Assembly (NCBI RefSeq): GCF_963921235.1
Contig: NC_086107.1
Coordinates: 86,862,001-86,926,000, forward strand
Length of the DNA: 64,000 nucleotides
DNA from: Mobula hypostoma
Lineage: Eukaryota
Direction of reading: 5' to 3'
Shown: in pieces, positions 1 to 11,655 of the stretch
Position numbering within the stretch: position 1 is the stretch's first letter
Layout of the letters: every line of letters begins with the position of its first letter
Position numbers and translations under genes: made by a program
The notes under the pieces: generated by a model
Told to the model about the DNA's origin: nothing
The model's input: the letters and a program-made list of their open reading frames with translations, nothing else
Database searches by the model: none

Positions 1-1320
1 GGGGACGGAGGGGGTGGAGAGGTGAGAGAAGAAGGGGGAAGGAGGGGTGGGGGAAGGGGGCAGGACGGGTGGAGAGGTGGGAAAAGGGGGCAAGAGGGGT
101 GGCAGAAGGGGAAGGAGGGGTGGGAGAAGGGGGACGGAGGGGTGGAGAGGTGGGAGAAGAAAGGGGACGGAGGGATGGAGAGGTGGGAGAGAAGGGGGAC
201 GGAGGGATGGAGAGGTGGGAGAAGAAGGGGTACGGAGGAGTGCAGAGGTGGGAGAAGAAGGGGGACGGAGGGGTGGAGAGGTGGGAGAAGAAGGGGGACG
301 GAGGGGTGGAGAGTAGGGAGAAGAAGGGGACGGAGGGGTGGAGAGGTGGGAGAAGAAGGGGGACGGAGGGGGTGGAGAGGTGGGAGAAGAAGGGGGACGG
401 AGGGGTGGAGAGGTGGGAGAAGAAGGGTGACGGAGTGGTGGGAGAAGAAGGGGAGATGGAGGGGTGGGAGAAGAACGGGGACGGAAGGGGTGGAGAGGTG
501 GGAGACTAAGAGGGACAGAGGGGTGGAGGGGTGGGACAAGAAGGGGGAAGGAGGGGTGGGACAAGAAGGGGGAAGGAGGGGTGGGACAAGAAGGGGGAAG
601 GAGGGGTGCAGGTGAAATGGAGGGGTGGGAAAAGAAGGGGAGATGGAGGGGTGGGAGAAAAAGGGGGACGGAGGGGATGGAGAGGTGGGAGAAGAAGGGG
701 GACGGAGGGGGTGGAGAGGTGAGAGAAGAAGGGGGAAGGCGGGGTGGGGGAAGGGGGCAGGAGGGGTGGAGAGGTGGGAGAAGGGGGCAAGAGGGGTGGG
801 AGAAGGGTAAGGAGGGGTGGGAGAAAGGGGACGGAGGGGTGGAGAGGTGGGAGAAGAAGGGGACGGAGAGGTGGAGAGGTGGAAGAAGAAGGGGGACGGA
901 GGGATGGAGAGGTGGGAGAAGAAGGGGGACGGAGGGATGGAGAGGTGGGAGAAGAAGGGGGACGGAGGGGTGGAGAGGTGGGAGAAGAAGGGGGACGGAG
1001 GGGGTGGAGAGGTGGGAGAAGAAGGGGTACGGGGGAGTGGAGAGGTGGGAGAAGAAGGGGGACGGATGGGTGGAGAGGTGGGAGAAGAAGGGGGACGTTG
1101 GGGTGGAGAGGTGGGAGTAGAAGGGGGATGGAGGGGGTGGATAGGTGGGAGAAGAAGGGGGACGGAGGGGGTGGAGAGGTGGGAGAAGAAGGGGGACGGA
1201 GGGGGTGGAGAGTTGGGAGAGGATGGGAAGCAGAGGAGAGAGGAGGTGAGAGAGGAGAAGGAGTGAGACGAAGGTGGAGGAGGGAGGGCAGAGGGGGAGG
1301 GCGGACAGGGAGGAGGGACC
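1..1320. repeat. G/purine-rich minisatellite, ~33-bp unit AAGGGGGACGGAGGGGTGGAGAGGTGGGAGAAG
   Basis: The unit repeats with variants from base 1 to ~1250, then fades into G/A-rich sequence. Its 33-bp length (11 codons) explains the repetitive ORFs in several frames. Confidence 0.95.
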
Positions 1321-1329
1321 GATAGACCC

Positions 1330-1549
1330 ACCTATTTAAGCCTAGCCTAACCACAGGACAATTTACAATGACCAGTGAACCTACTAACTGTAAGTATTTG
1401 GACTGTGGGAGAAAACCAGAGCACCTGGAGAAATCCCACGCATTCACAGGGAAAACACAGAAACTCCTTACAGGCAGTGGTGGTTGTTGAACCCAGTCAC
1501 CTGTGCTGTAAAGCGTTGTGCTAACCACTATATGCTACAGTGCCACCCC
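1330..1549 (-). mobile_element. tRNA-derived V-SINE (HE1-like)
   Basis: The minus strand has an A-box-like TAGCATATAGTGG, a B-box-like GGTTCAACAACC and the V-domain-like TTTCTCCAGGTGCTCTGGTTTTCTCCCACA. Confidence 0.8.
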
Positions 1550-1729
1550 AAGTTCTGCCTATATGGTCTCCCAGGACAATTAAAATATACTTTAACCTTT
1601 CTGTGTAGTATTAGCAAATTTCCCTGAAAGGATATTTATCCCTGACAGGTTCCAGGGCAATACATTCCTCTTGTACAGGTTGCCTCTACCCAAGAAGAGA
1701 ACCTCAAAAAATATGCTTTTCCATTTATG

Positions 1730-2240
1730 AGCAACCATTTTAATCTGCATTCACATACATCGGTCCATGGCTTCCTCTACTGCCTCAATGAGGCCAATCT
1801 CAAACTGCAGAAGCACCACTGTCTGGGTATTGTCCAACCAAATGGCATGAACAGTCATTTCCCCAATTTCGAGGAAAAATTTCCCCTTCCCTCTACTCTA
1901 TTCCTCCCTCTGGTCTCTTACCTCTCCTCTCCTGCTTCACCTCCCCGAGTCCGTTTATCCCATGGTCTACTTTCCACTCCCATCAGATTCTTTCCTCTAC
2001 AACATGTTACCTTTCCCAACATTACCTCCCCGCTACTCACATCATCCTCCTCCCCCACCTACCTGGCTTCACTCATCACCTTCTAGCTTGTCCTCCTTCC
2101 CCTGTGCCCTCCTTTTTATGCTGGCATCTTTCCCCTTCCTTTTCAGTCCCGATAAAGGGTCTCGGGAAATAATGACCGTCTGTTCATTTACACTGACGCT
2201 ACCTAACCTGCTGAATTCCTCCAGCAGTTTGTATATGTTG
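1730..2240 (+). mobile_element. Penelope-like element 3' remnant (GIY-YIG C-terminus plus degenerate hammerhead)
   Basis: Translation HFNLHSHTSVHGFLYCLNEANLKLQ...QPNGMN matches the better-preserved copy at 40127-40290. It is followed by a pyrimidine tract and a decayed hammerhead at ~2145-2180. Confidence 0.8.
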
Positions 2241-3060
2241 CATGGTGACTTACCACCACTCCGAGCCCGGTGCTGGACGGCTGATACGCTGGCGGTAAAT
2301 GGTTTCCCTTCTGTTATTGGCTAAGGTTAGAGATAGGGCGGGGTTTCGTACACGCTGCTCGTCTAATGGCCAGAGCACACGTCGCTCCGGTTGAATCACA
2401 GCCTCCGGTATTCTGCATGATTGACGAACCGTTTCGTTTGACCGGCAGGTGTATCAGCCAATGATAGGAGGGTACAGAGGTAGGTCTGGACTGTGACTAG
2501 CCAAGCAGAAAGGACCGTCATGCTCCGCCCCTCGTACACCACCGTTCTCTCACCATGACATGCCTCAGTGAGTTGTTACTGTCGGTGTTGGCTGGCCTAT
2601 GAGTTAAAAAGAACGGACGTAGTTTAACGCCTCAGCGGGTCATCGGGAGCAGCGGTTGTTTGTGCGGGTTGAGGAGGGCTGTTGAAGCTGTGAAAGAGTC
2701 GGACTACAACTTTCAGATTGCTCCGCGGCATCGCAGGTTTATCAGCTGCCTCCTCTTGACAGCACCGCCTGCCGGGAGTTGTAGTTTAGTTTGAGCGGCC
2801 ATCTTGTGCGACGGTTGGAGCTCGGCCCGCCCAAGGTTTTCGTAGTTGAATATGGAGGGCTGGCGGATGTGAGACTAATGACCCAAAGTATGCAAGATGC
2901 AGCCGCTGTAAAGTGCAATATGTGCCTTACTGAGGAAGAGGGAGCTACAACCGCCATTTTTCCGCGGTCATTTTCACTGGGGCAGGAGTTGGGGAGAAAA
3001 TGGGGCAATATCGTAGATCTTCCCTAGTTTTGTAATCACGATGGGGTTGCAGTGGCGGGG
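2240..3060. promoter_or_regulatory. CpG-island housekeeping-type promoter / first-exon region
   Basis: CpG-rich island in CpG-poor surroundings. ZNF143/SBS-like motifs ACTACAACTTTCAGATTGC (2703-2721, +) and ACTACAACTCCCGGCAGGC (2767-2785, -). YY1 motifs GCGGCCATCTT (2795-2805) and CCGCCATTTT (2951-2960), plus CCAAT and GC boxes. Minus-strand splice donors at 2254/2253 (G|GTAAGT) and 2931/2930 (A|GTAAGG). Confidence 0.75.
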
Positions 3061-3397
3061 AGGGTAGTATTGCATCATTTCCATTTCTAGGATCAGTGCA
3101 GGAACTGGGGAAGGAGTGAATGAGAGGGAACACACGCCACATTGCCACCCAGTTTTAGTATAATTGCAAAGTTACTGTGTGGTTGGAGTAAGTGGAGGGA
3201 ATTTAGCGTTGCATTCTCACCATGTCTGGGATCAGTGCACAGTCAGTACCCCGTTTCCTTATGATTGAAGCCTCCCATTCCTGGCAATATATCCCTGTGA
3301 ATACAACCCTGTGAGAAAGAATGAGTGCATTCACCCTATACGTGCTCATCATGATTTTATAAAACCACCTCAGTCCCATACTCAGAATCAGGTTTAA

Positions 3398-4713
3398 CTA
3401 GACAACCGACTGGGTGACTGTTGGGGCAGCCTTTGAGAGAAGGATAATGCAGTCTGATGTGACCAGAATGAACATTAAATTTTCCTGAATGCTATTGCTA
3501 TCTCTTTCATTTGGAAATTAAAGAAGAAAAACTAAGCTTATTAAAGAAGAAAGACGCATAGCAAGATAAATATGTGACCAGAATGAACATTAAGTATCCA
3601 TGAAGTAAACTTGAAGTAATGGGGCTTGCTGGGTCGGGTTCGGAGTTAAATGTCCAATGTATTTAGCCTTGAATAATCACAGAAGGATTCCATCGATTCC
3701 TAGTTGGAATGACTTCTTTGGCACCAAACGATGTCATTTGGAAGAGGCAGTTGTATTGTCTGATGTTCTTCCTGAACTCGTTTGCAATAGGTTCATTATT
3801 GCTGTACAAATTGAGGAGTTCATTAGGTAGAGGCTGCAAGTTGCCTATCCTGACCTGTCCCTTCATACAGCAGAAATGTGCGGTTTCTCCAGTGAATAGG
3901 AAGACACGACAGTGAGGGCATACTCTTGTCTCTTCCTCTCTCCTCTTTCTCTGCCTGTTTTGGTCATTCTGGAGACACGCAGCCCTTTCATCCTTCATTT
4001 CTTCATCTCTTCTACCATTTGTTCTTTCTCTCTGATCCTGGAGTCGTGCGGCCCTGGCCTGATCGGATTCTTGTTCTCTCCTCCGTCTCTGCCTATTGTT
4101 GTCATTTTGGAGACGTGCATGCCTCTCCTCCTCTGTCTCGTCTTCTCTCATTTTTTTTGTTCTGACTCTTTGACCCTGGAGTTGTGCGGCCCTGGCCTCA
4201 TCCAATTGTTGTTCTCTCCCCCTCCTTGCCACCTTCCGATGATGATTGGCGTTATCTCTTGACCATAATGTCCCCCTTCTCTTTCCACGTGGCATAATTA
4301 GACTATCCATATATTTTTACCCTAATGCTTGATAGAAGATAGGAAGCAGTAACACCACAGCCTTTAAGCTGCTGAAACTGGACATGTGCGTGCCTTGTGG
4401 TGTGGCATCACAGTCTCCATGGAAGGTGGAAGCAGCTCTGAGCATCGTGAGCCGCTGCTGAGGCTGGCCGTGCGCATGCGTGGGGCTGTGGTGTCCTGAT
4501 TTCCATGATGACCGATCAGGTCTCGGGTGAAAGGCAGCCTGTTGATTTTTGGCGAATGAGCAATTTTATACGAATATATAACCTGAACTTTGCCTGCATT
4601 CTGTAAGTTAGTGCATTTTAATTCAATTTAGCCAAAAAAAATGCCGCTCTTATGCACCGTTTGCGCTAATTGGAGGTCACAAACAGACAGAGCATGCGAG
4701 TTTTAGTAGTATC
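3398..4713 (-). mobile_element. Helitron, internally deleted copy A (keeps the N-terminal STPR-like repeats and Zn finger)
   Basis: 3' CTAG at 3398-3401 with a degenerate subterminal hairpin. ORF 3663-4310 has CPHC...CC...IRQYNCLFQMTSFG, typical of the RepHel N-terminus. The 5' end reads ATACTACTAAAA. Confidence 0.9.
3663..4310 (-). pseudogene. Truncated Helitron RepHel N-terminus (23-aa STPR-like repeats plus Zn finger), open 215-aa ORF
   Basis: Repeats ETEEERHARLQNDNNRQRRRREQ / ESDQARAARLQDQRERTNGRRDE / EMKDERAACLQNDQNRQRKRREE, then CxxC...CC and FRKNIRQYN...MTSFG. No HUH or helicase domain follows. Confidence 0.8.
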
Positions 4714-7045
4714 CTAGATAACCGGGTGACCCGTTGGGGCACCCTTTGAGAGAAAGGTAGTGCAGTCTGATGTGATGTGTTTTGGAAATTAAAGAAGCAA
4801 AACTCAGTTTATTAAAGAAGAAAGACACGTAGCAAGACAAATATAGCTCCTCCTTGATTAACGAAGGACACTTTTGATGACAACATTTCTGGTTGATCTG
4901 CCACCCTTCAAGAATACTCTAATGTTTTCATTTCTTTTTCCCCGGATTAAAGCCACATAGACCATGCTGGAATACCAGTTTCTCCAAATAAATCAACACA
5001 TTCTCCATGGTTTGGTCTTGCGCCTTACCTATAGTCATAGCAAAGCATGACTGTATCGGGAACTGGCTCCGCTGAAGAGGGACATCTTCCCCTTCTGATA
5101 AATTGGGAGTAATTCTTGGCATCATGACAATGACATTTTTGAACGCACCAATGTTTACCTTTACTACGATGAGATTGTCGTGCAGTTCTTCCACCATCAT
5201 TCACGTTCCATTGCAAAGCCTTGGTGGATCCAAGTTCCTCACTGAAATGATGGGAGATCCCCTCTTCAATTCCAGTTCACGTAGTGGCAATCCAGAGAGT
5301 CTGACCGAATCAAGGAATTCTGTTGGAAAATGAGTGGCGATAGCTCCTTCACTTACGGCTTTGAAGGAACAGTACTCTTTCATGATTCCAGGGAAGTGTC
5401 TAATGCATGTAAGGTTTATTTTTCGCATCATTTCATTCAGAGGAACCAAGGTAGAATTCCTCGAGAACAGTTCTGCAGGATTGTCGAATGTCGGGTAGGT
5501 GAAATCAATGCATTCTTCTATAGTTTTTGCTGGCAGAATCATATCTTCAAGTAATTCGATTTCATCATTTTCATTTTTCTCAATCTTGTCTTCTCCAACA
5601 TCCAATAAGAACTCAGAATATCGTCCTCCCTCACTCAATCGCATGTTTCATCTTCAATTGAAACTTGATGAAGCTTCTCCATAAGTAGGATTTTTTTATA
5701 CGTGAATTCTCCACATCAGCATCATTTCCGCGTTTCACAACTGCTAGAAGCAGATGGAAGTCGCCACAGCAAATGGTTAAAATACCCCCGAAGGCCTCAT
5801 TCTCGCCGCATACATCACAAAGAGTCCGGTCCACTGCTTTGAAGCTTTCCCTCCTAATCATGGGGCACTCAACCCAGACAATAAGCCTCGCATTTTGGAG
5901 TAAATTTGCAGTATTGGTGCTTTTATCCATGTTACAAAGGGCATCTTCATTGACCTTGAGGGGTACTTTGAATCTTGAATGCGCTGTCCTACCACCAGGC
6001 ATCAATGTTGCTGCAATACCTGATGATGCTACAGCAATAGCAACATCTCCATCTCCCCTAACTTTAGTGAGGATCAAGTTGATCATAAATGTCTTGCCCA
6101 TTCCTCCTGGTGTATCAATGAAAATCATTGAGAGAGATTCCTTTCCAAGCAGTCACACATTATTCTCTGCTCATTATTCAATAGGCTACTCTTTGCCGCA
6201 TATTCTCGAGTTGCTCTTTCCTTTTCTCCTCTGTCTTTTCCTCTCTCCTCCTTCTCTGCCTGTTTTTGTCATTCTGGAGACGCGCAGCCCTTTCATCCTT
6301 CGTCTCTTCATCTCTTCTACCATTTGTTCTTTCTCTCTGATCCTGGAGTTGTGCGGCCCTGGCCTGATTGGATTCTTGTTCTTCTCCTCCTTCTGTGCCT
6401 ATTGTTGTCATTTTGGAGACATGCATGCCTCTCCTCCTCTGTCTCTTCTTCTCTCATCTTTTTTGTCCTGACTCTTTGATCCTGGAGTCATGCGGCCCTG
6501 GCCTCATCGGATTGTTGTTCTCTCCTTCTCCTTGCCGCTTCCCGACGATGTTTGGCGTCATCTCTTGACCCCAAATGTCCCCCTTCTCTTTCCATGCAGT
6601 ATAATTAGGCTGTCCATATTTTTTTTACCCTAATGCTTGATAGGAGAAACAAAGCAGTAACACCAAAGCCTCCAGGATGCTGATTTTTCTTGATGATGTG
6701 GTTGGCGCTCTCCTAAATGGACATGATAGCCCTGCCCTTTTGCTACGGTCGGTGTCGCTGCTATGAGCATCGTGAGCCACTGCTGATGCTGGCCATGTGC
6801 ATGCATCATGGTGTGGCGTCGCTGTTTCCATGAAAGGTGGAATCGGCTTGGATTGTGGAAAGTGGGGCCTGTTGATTGACAAGTGAGCAATTTTATATGA
6901 ATATATAACCCTGAACTTTGCATGCATTCTGTAAGTTAGTGCATTTTAAGTCGACTTAGTCAAAAAAAGTGCCACTGTAATGCACCATTTGGGCTAACTG
7001 GAGGTCACAAACAGATAAATAGAGCATGAGAATTTTAGTAGTATG
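4714..7045 (-). mobile_element. Helitron, internally deleted copy B (keeps the PIF1 helicase)
   Basis: 3' CTAG at 4714-4717 and GC hairpin GGGTGACCC-GTT-GGGGCACCC (4724-4744). Its 5' region parallels copy A. Frameshifted PIF1 helicase at 4928-6128. Confidence 0.92.
4928..6128 (-). pseudogene. PIF1-family (SF1B) Helitron helicase, frameshifted
   Basis: Motifs PGGMGKTF (Walker A), ASSGIAA, GRTAHSRFK, GDF, RNLDPPRLCNGT and QFPIQSCFAMTIGKAQ are split across three ORFs. Confidence 0.9.
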
Positions 7046-7139
7046 TATCACTGGCATGTGTCGTGAAATTTGTTGTCTTTGTGGCAGCAGTACAATGCTA
7101 TACATAATGGGAAAAAAAACTGAATTGCAGTAAGTACTT

Positions 7140-8470
7140 CTCCTACAACTCGGTCCTTCCACTCCCATCAACATCCTTGTAAATCTTTTCTGCACTTTTT
7201 CCAGTTCTGTAACACAGTATAGCAACCCAAACGGAACACAATAATCCAAGTCCTGAAGAAGAGTCTTGGCTTGAAACGTCGACTGCTTACTCCTTTCCAT
7301 AGATGTGCCTGGCTGTTGAGTTCCTCCAGCATTTTGTGTCTTGCTTTGGATTTCTGGCATCTGCAGATTTTCTCCTGTTTGTGACCGTAATTGAAGCATG
7401 GCCTCACCACTGCCCTTCACCTTCAACTCCCAACATTTATACTCAATGCCCTGACTGATGAAAGCCAATGTCCGAAAACCTTCTTCACTACCTGTGATTA
7501 CATTTTCAGTGAACTGTGTATTTGTACACCTTGGTCCCTCTTTTCCTCAACACTGTGAACATTGTACTTGGATTTGACCTTGCACTGATCTGAATTAAAG
7601 TCCATCTGCCATTCCTCGGCCACATACCAAGGATGATCAAGATTGCCCCTGTAATTTTTGCTCCTTCTTCACTGTCCATGATACAACTAGTTAGAATGTT
7701 ATTCGCGCTCTTCAGTCTCTCTGTTTCACAATGCTGTAGGATGGGTCTCCAGGTCCTTGGAGTTGGGAAATTGAGGAGGTGCTCTGATTGAGGTTGGACA
7801 GGATGTGGAGCAAGCAGAGGATGAGGGAATGGAACAGGAGGAATGGGGGCATCTTGTCCTGAGACTGATGCTCAAAACCCCTCTCCCCCCACCAAACCCA
7901 CTCTTTGTGTAATATATAAAAAAATCTTGCCCTTTCTCCTTTGAACTTATCCCTTCCACCTTACATGCATTTCCTCTGGTATTAGGCATTTTAACCCTGG
8001 GAAAATGCCTGCTCTATGCCTCTCTCTGCAGTTGTGGCTATTATAGAGATGGTGCCAAACACTAGGCTGCTAAACAAGGTAAGAAACCATGGTATTACAG
8101 GAAAGATACCAGTGTGGACAACAGATTAGCTGACTAGCAGATGTCTATAAGTGGGGATAAAGGAGGCCTTTTCTGGTTGCTTGCCAGTAATTAGTGGTGT
8201 TCAATATGTCCCTATTGAACAGAGATGATGAGGAAATTCTTTAGCCAGAAAGGTGAATCTCTGGAATTCATTGTCACAGATGGCTGTGGAGACCAATTCA
8301 TTGGGTATATTTAAAGCAGAAGGTTGATGGGTTCCTGTTTATCAGGGGTGTCAACTGTGACAGGGTGAAGGCAGGAGAATGGTTGAGAGGGAAAATAAGT
8401 TAGCCATGATCAAATACTGGTGCAGACTTGAAGAACCAAAAGGCCCGATTCTTCTCATATGTCTTATGGT
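7140..8470. mobile_element. Degenerate CR1 LINE fragments, both orientations
   Basis: Translations such as LEKVQKRFTRM and AFISQGIEYK, and a CR1 3' tail ending ~8470. Confidence 0.7.
7249..7284 (+). ncRNA. Minimal type I hammerhead ribozyme motif in a Penelope remnant (7249-7380)
   Basis: AGTC-CTGAAGA-(weak stem II)-GAAAC-GTC-GACT. The core is intact and stem I pairs AGTC/GACT. Confidence 0.65.
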
Positions 8471-8568
8471 CTTAGGGCAGGTTGCTGAGCAGTGGCCTGA
8501 TAAAAGGTTTAAAAATTTGTAGAGTAACACTGCACTGAAACAGGACCCTTGGCCCAACCTGTGCATGC

Positions 8569-9412
8569 TGTTACGTACCCCGTAACTGGATTGCCAAACC
8601 AGCAGAAATGGATCACTCAGTTGGAGTCTGGATTACTAGAACTAAGAAAGTTTTATTAAAGAAACAAGCAACACAGTAATCGAAAGGATAATAAATGCAA
8701 CAGTTCAGCAATGATAAACACACATGTGCACAGAATTAAGATAACAGCATCAATCAAGCTCTATCGTTGTCTAGGGGTAAATGACCAAATTTCAAAGTGA
8801 CACAAAAGTTCAGTCCAATTTAGTTCAGTTCGCAGTAATCGTTGCCATGGCGATGGACAACGTGGGGGGAGGGAGAGAGAGAACAGGAACGACTGATCAT
8901 TCAGACACGGCTTCCCCTCACAGACCGGCGATATTGCTCACAAGCAGCTTTCGGGCAGGTCCTTGGTGATGTCACCTGAGGTCACCGACTGTGACCCCTC
9001 CTCCAGATGCGGTCGATCCTCTGCAGTAAACCCGGCACCCAAGCGAGGGTGGACACACACTGGGTTCCCGCTGATCGTACCTTTCCACCCTGTGCGTTTA
9101 AGGTCCGGTACTTCCCACCGACTCGTGAGAGGCGCACCGCTTCCAGGGTCTTGTTACCTCGGGTGTCGTGTGTGTCCTGCCTTAGCGAACCTGTCCCTTT
9201 TTATCCCCCTGCTGGGGCATCACCTGTCCATCACTTCAAACAGTTCAGGGTTCAAAGGGGGAGCCGCTCCAGACAGCTCTCTCTCCCGTCCCTTCATTAC
9301 ACATCTCCAGACACTGCTCCATTGTTCCTCATCTCTCCTTCCCCTGAGGACAGGTGGCAGACCAACTGCTGATCTCACAGGACAGCTAACATCTATGTGT
9401 ATTCTCGTCACA
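8569..9412 (-). mobile_element. Solo LTR (Gypsy-like) with 4-bp TSD ATGC
   Basis: Termini TGTTACG...CGTCACA, flanked by ATGC at 8565-8568 and 9413-9416. A minus-strand AATAAA at ~8652 gives the orientation. Confidence 0.9.
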
Positions 9413-10439
9413 ATGCCAACCCAGGTGCCCACCTAAACTAGTCCCATTTGCCTGCATTTGATCCATCCCCTTTAAGACATTGAATTACCATGAATGTACA
9501 TCTCAGACAGCAAGGACATACAGGTGGAAAGGTCCTTTTTCCCTGTTGTATGACTGTATGACTAAACCTTTCCTATCCCTGTACCGATCCAAATGTCTAT
9601 TAAATTTGTTTAAATACAGGACCACAGTGTTGGGTCTTTAAAAGAACATTAAGGTGTATAAGGGCCTGACGGGATATGCACCTGATTATTGATAGAGGCA
9701 GGGGCTGAGGTTACTGGGGATTTCACTAATATCTTTGTGTCCTCTCTAACCACAGGTGAGCTCCCTGAGGACTAGTGAGAAGCTGAAGTTCTATTATTCA
9801 AGAAGGGGAACAGATAATTCTGGAAACTATGGACTCACATCAGTGGTAGGGAAATTACTGATGAAGGTTTTTAGCAATGGTATGTAGAGTCATAGAGCAC
9901 TTTAGCAAAGAAACAAGCCCTTCAGCCTATCCAGACCACGCTGACATGTTTTTCTGCCTAGTCTGATCTACCAGCACGCAGACCATACCGCTCCATACAC
10001 CTCCCATTTATGTACCTATCCAAACTTCTTTTCCTGTGTAAGTCCTACCCTGGCTTGTCCTTCCAAAGTGAAATGCCTCACATTGATCTGCATTGAATTC
10101 CATCTGCCATTTTCCCACGCATTTTTGCAGATTGTCCAGATCACGCTGCAGGCATTGAGGCGTTGCTGTCCACTACAGCCCCAGTCTTGTTGAATCAGTT
10201 TACCACATTACTATTCAAGCCATTAATATAGATACTCCAAAACCTGGGCCTCTGTACCTCTCTCTGCAACTGGATCCTTGACTTCCTCATCAGGAGACCA
10301 GTCTGTGCAGATCAGAAATAACATTTCATTCTCTCTGACAATCAACATTAATGCACCTCAAGGATGTGTGCTTAGCCCACTTTTCTACTTTCTACAGCCA
10401 CAACTGTGTGGCCAGGCATAGTCAAAGAGCATCTATGAA

Positions 10440-11655
10440 TTTTTTTTTAGATTTTAGATTAGGTTATGAGGACACTCAGTCCTCGTTTATTGCCATTTAG
10501 AAATGCATGCATTAAAAAATGATACAATGTTCCTCTGGTATGATATCACAGAAACACAAGATAGACTAAAGCTGACAAAAACCATATAATTATAACATAT
10601 AGTTACAACAGTGCAAAGCAATACCGTAATTTGATAAGAGCAGACCATGGGCATGGTAAAAAAAAGTCTCAAAGTCCCGATAGCCCCAGCATCTCACGCA
10701 GACGGTAGAAGGGAGAAACTCTCCCTGCCATGAGCTTCCAGCGCTGCAAAGTTGCTGATGCAGCATCCTGGAAGCACCCGACCACAGTCCGACTCTGAGT
10801 CCGTCCAAAAACTTCGAGCCTCCGACACCGAGCACCATCTCTGCCAAGCGCTTTGATCCTGCCCCGACTGCTGAGCAACAAGCAAAGCCGAGGATTCGGG
10901 GCCTTCCCCTCCGGAGATTTCAGATCACACAGTAGCAGCGGCAGCAAAACAGGCATTTCAGAAGTTTCACCAGATGTTCCTCCGTGCTCTCACATCTGCC
11001 TCCATCAAATCAGAATTGTGCATGGCCTCCTACTTGACAGATTATAGATTGCTGTAGCGTGGATGAAATCACCGGAGAGACAGAGTCACTGGTAGATACA
11101 AAACAGCTTCTTTATTCCACACAAGGTACAGCAGGCATCATACGGACGGAGACACTTTCTGTAGAAAGGTCTGCTAGTCCAATGTGGGCTCGATATTTAT
11201 ATGTTAAACACAAAGGCAATTGCTACTTTAAAAGTTATAGACAATGCTTCCTCTTGAAGCTACTTACAAAATGTCACACCTTCGGACTTCATCCTTTCCT
11301 TCCGACACCAACATGTCTGGGTTGGTATCCACAGCCTTTAGTTAAATCCACAATACATTTTGGCATTTTACGTGCTAACATAGAAGACAAGTAATATTTG
11401 TAATGTATAGATAATACTGTCTTAGAAACTACAGCATCAGGTCAAACTATGCTGCCAGAAGCTCCTGGTATTCACACTTTTTTAGGAAGCGCATTGTTGT
11501 GGACTCAATCCACAGTACTTTGTCAAATAGAAGTCTGGTGGCCAAAGTCATTTAAGTGTAAACAAATCATCTACCCAAAAAAACTCACTCTAACACAGAT
11601 ATTCATCACCGGAGAGGTCGCGCATGCTGCATCGCGCCGCCATCTTCTCCTCCTA
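10440..11655 (-). mobile_element. Non-autonomous non-LTR element with (TCTAA)n/polyA tail, containing a probable solo LTR
   Basis: The minus strand begins GGAGAAGATGGCGGCGCG and ends AATAAA...ATCTAAAATCTAAAAAAAA. It splits a Rex1 element. Confidence 0.55.
11050..11595. mobile_element. Probable solo LTR
   Basis: TG...CA termini flanked by TAGAT/CAGAT, a 5-bp TSD with one mismatch. Confidence 0.45.

Noticed and set aside
22-1528. Long Gly/Arg/Glu-rich or Pro-rich ORFs on both strands
   Set aside because: They result from a 33-bp stop-poor tandem repeat and show no domain content.
1440-1549. tRNA gene
   Set aside because: The A/B boxes belong to a SINE head. No cloverleaf is evident and the V-domain follows.
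4928-6128. Host PIF1 helicase gene
   Set aside because: Intronless, frameshifted and inside Helitron termini.
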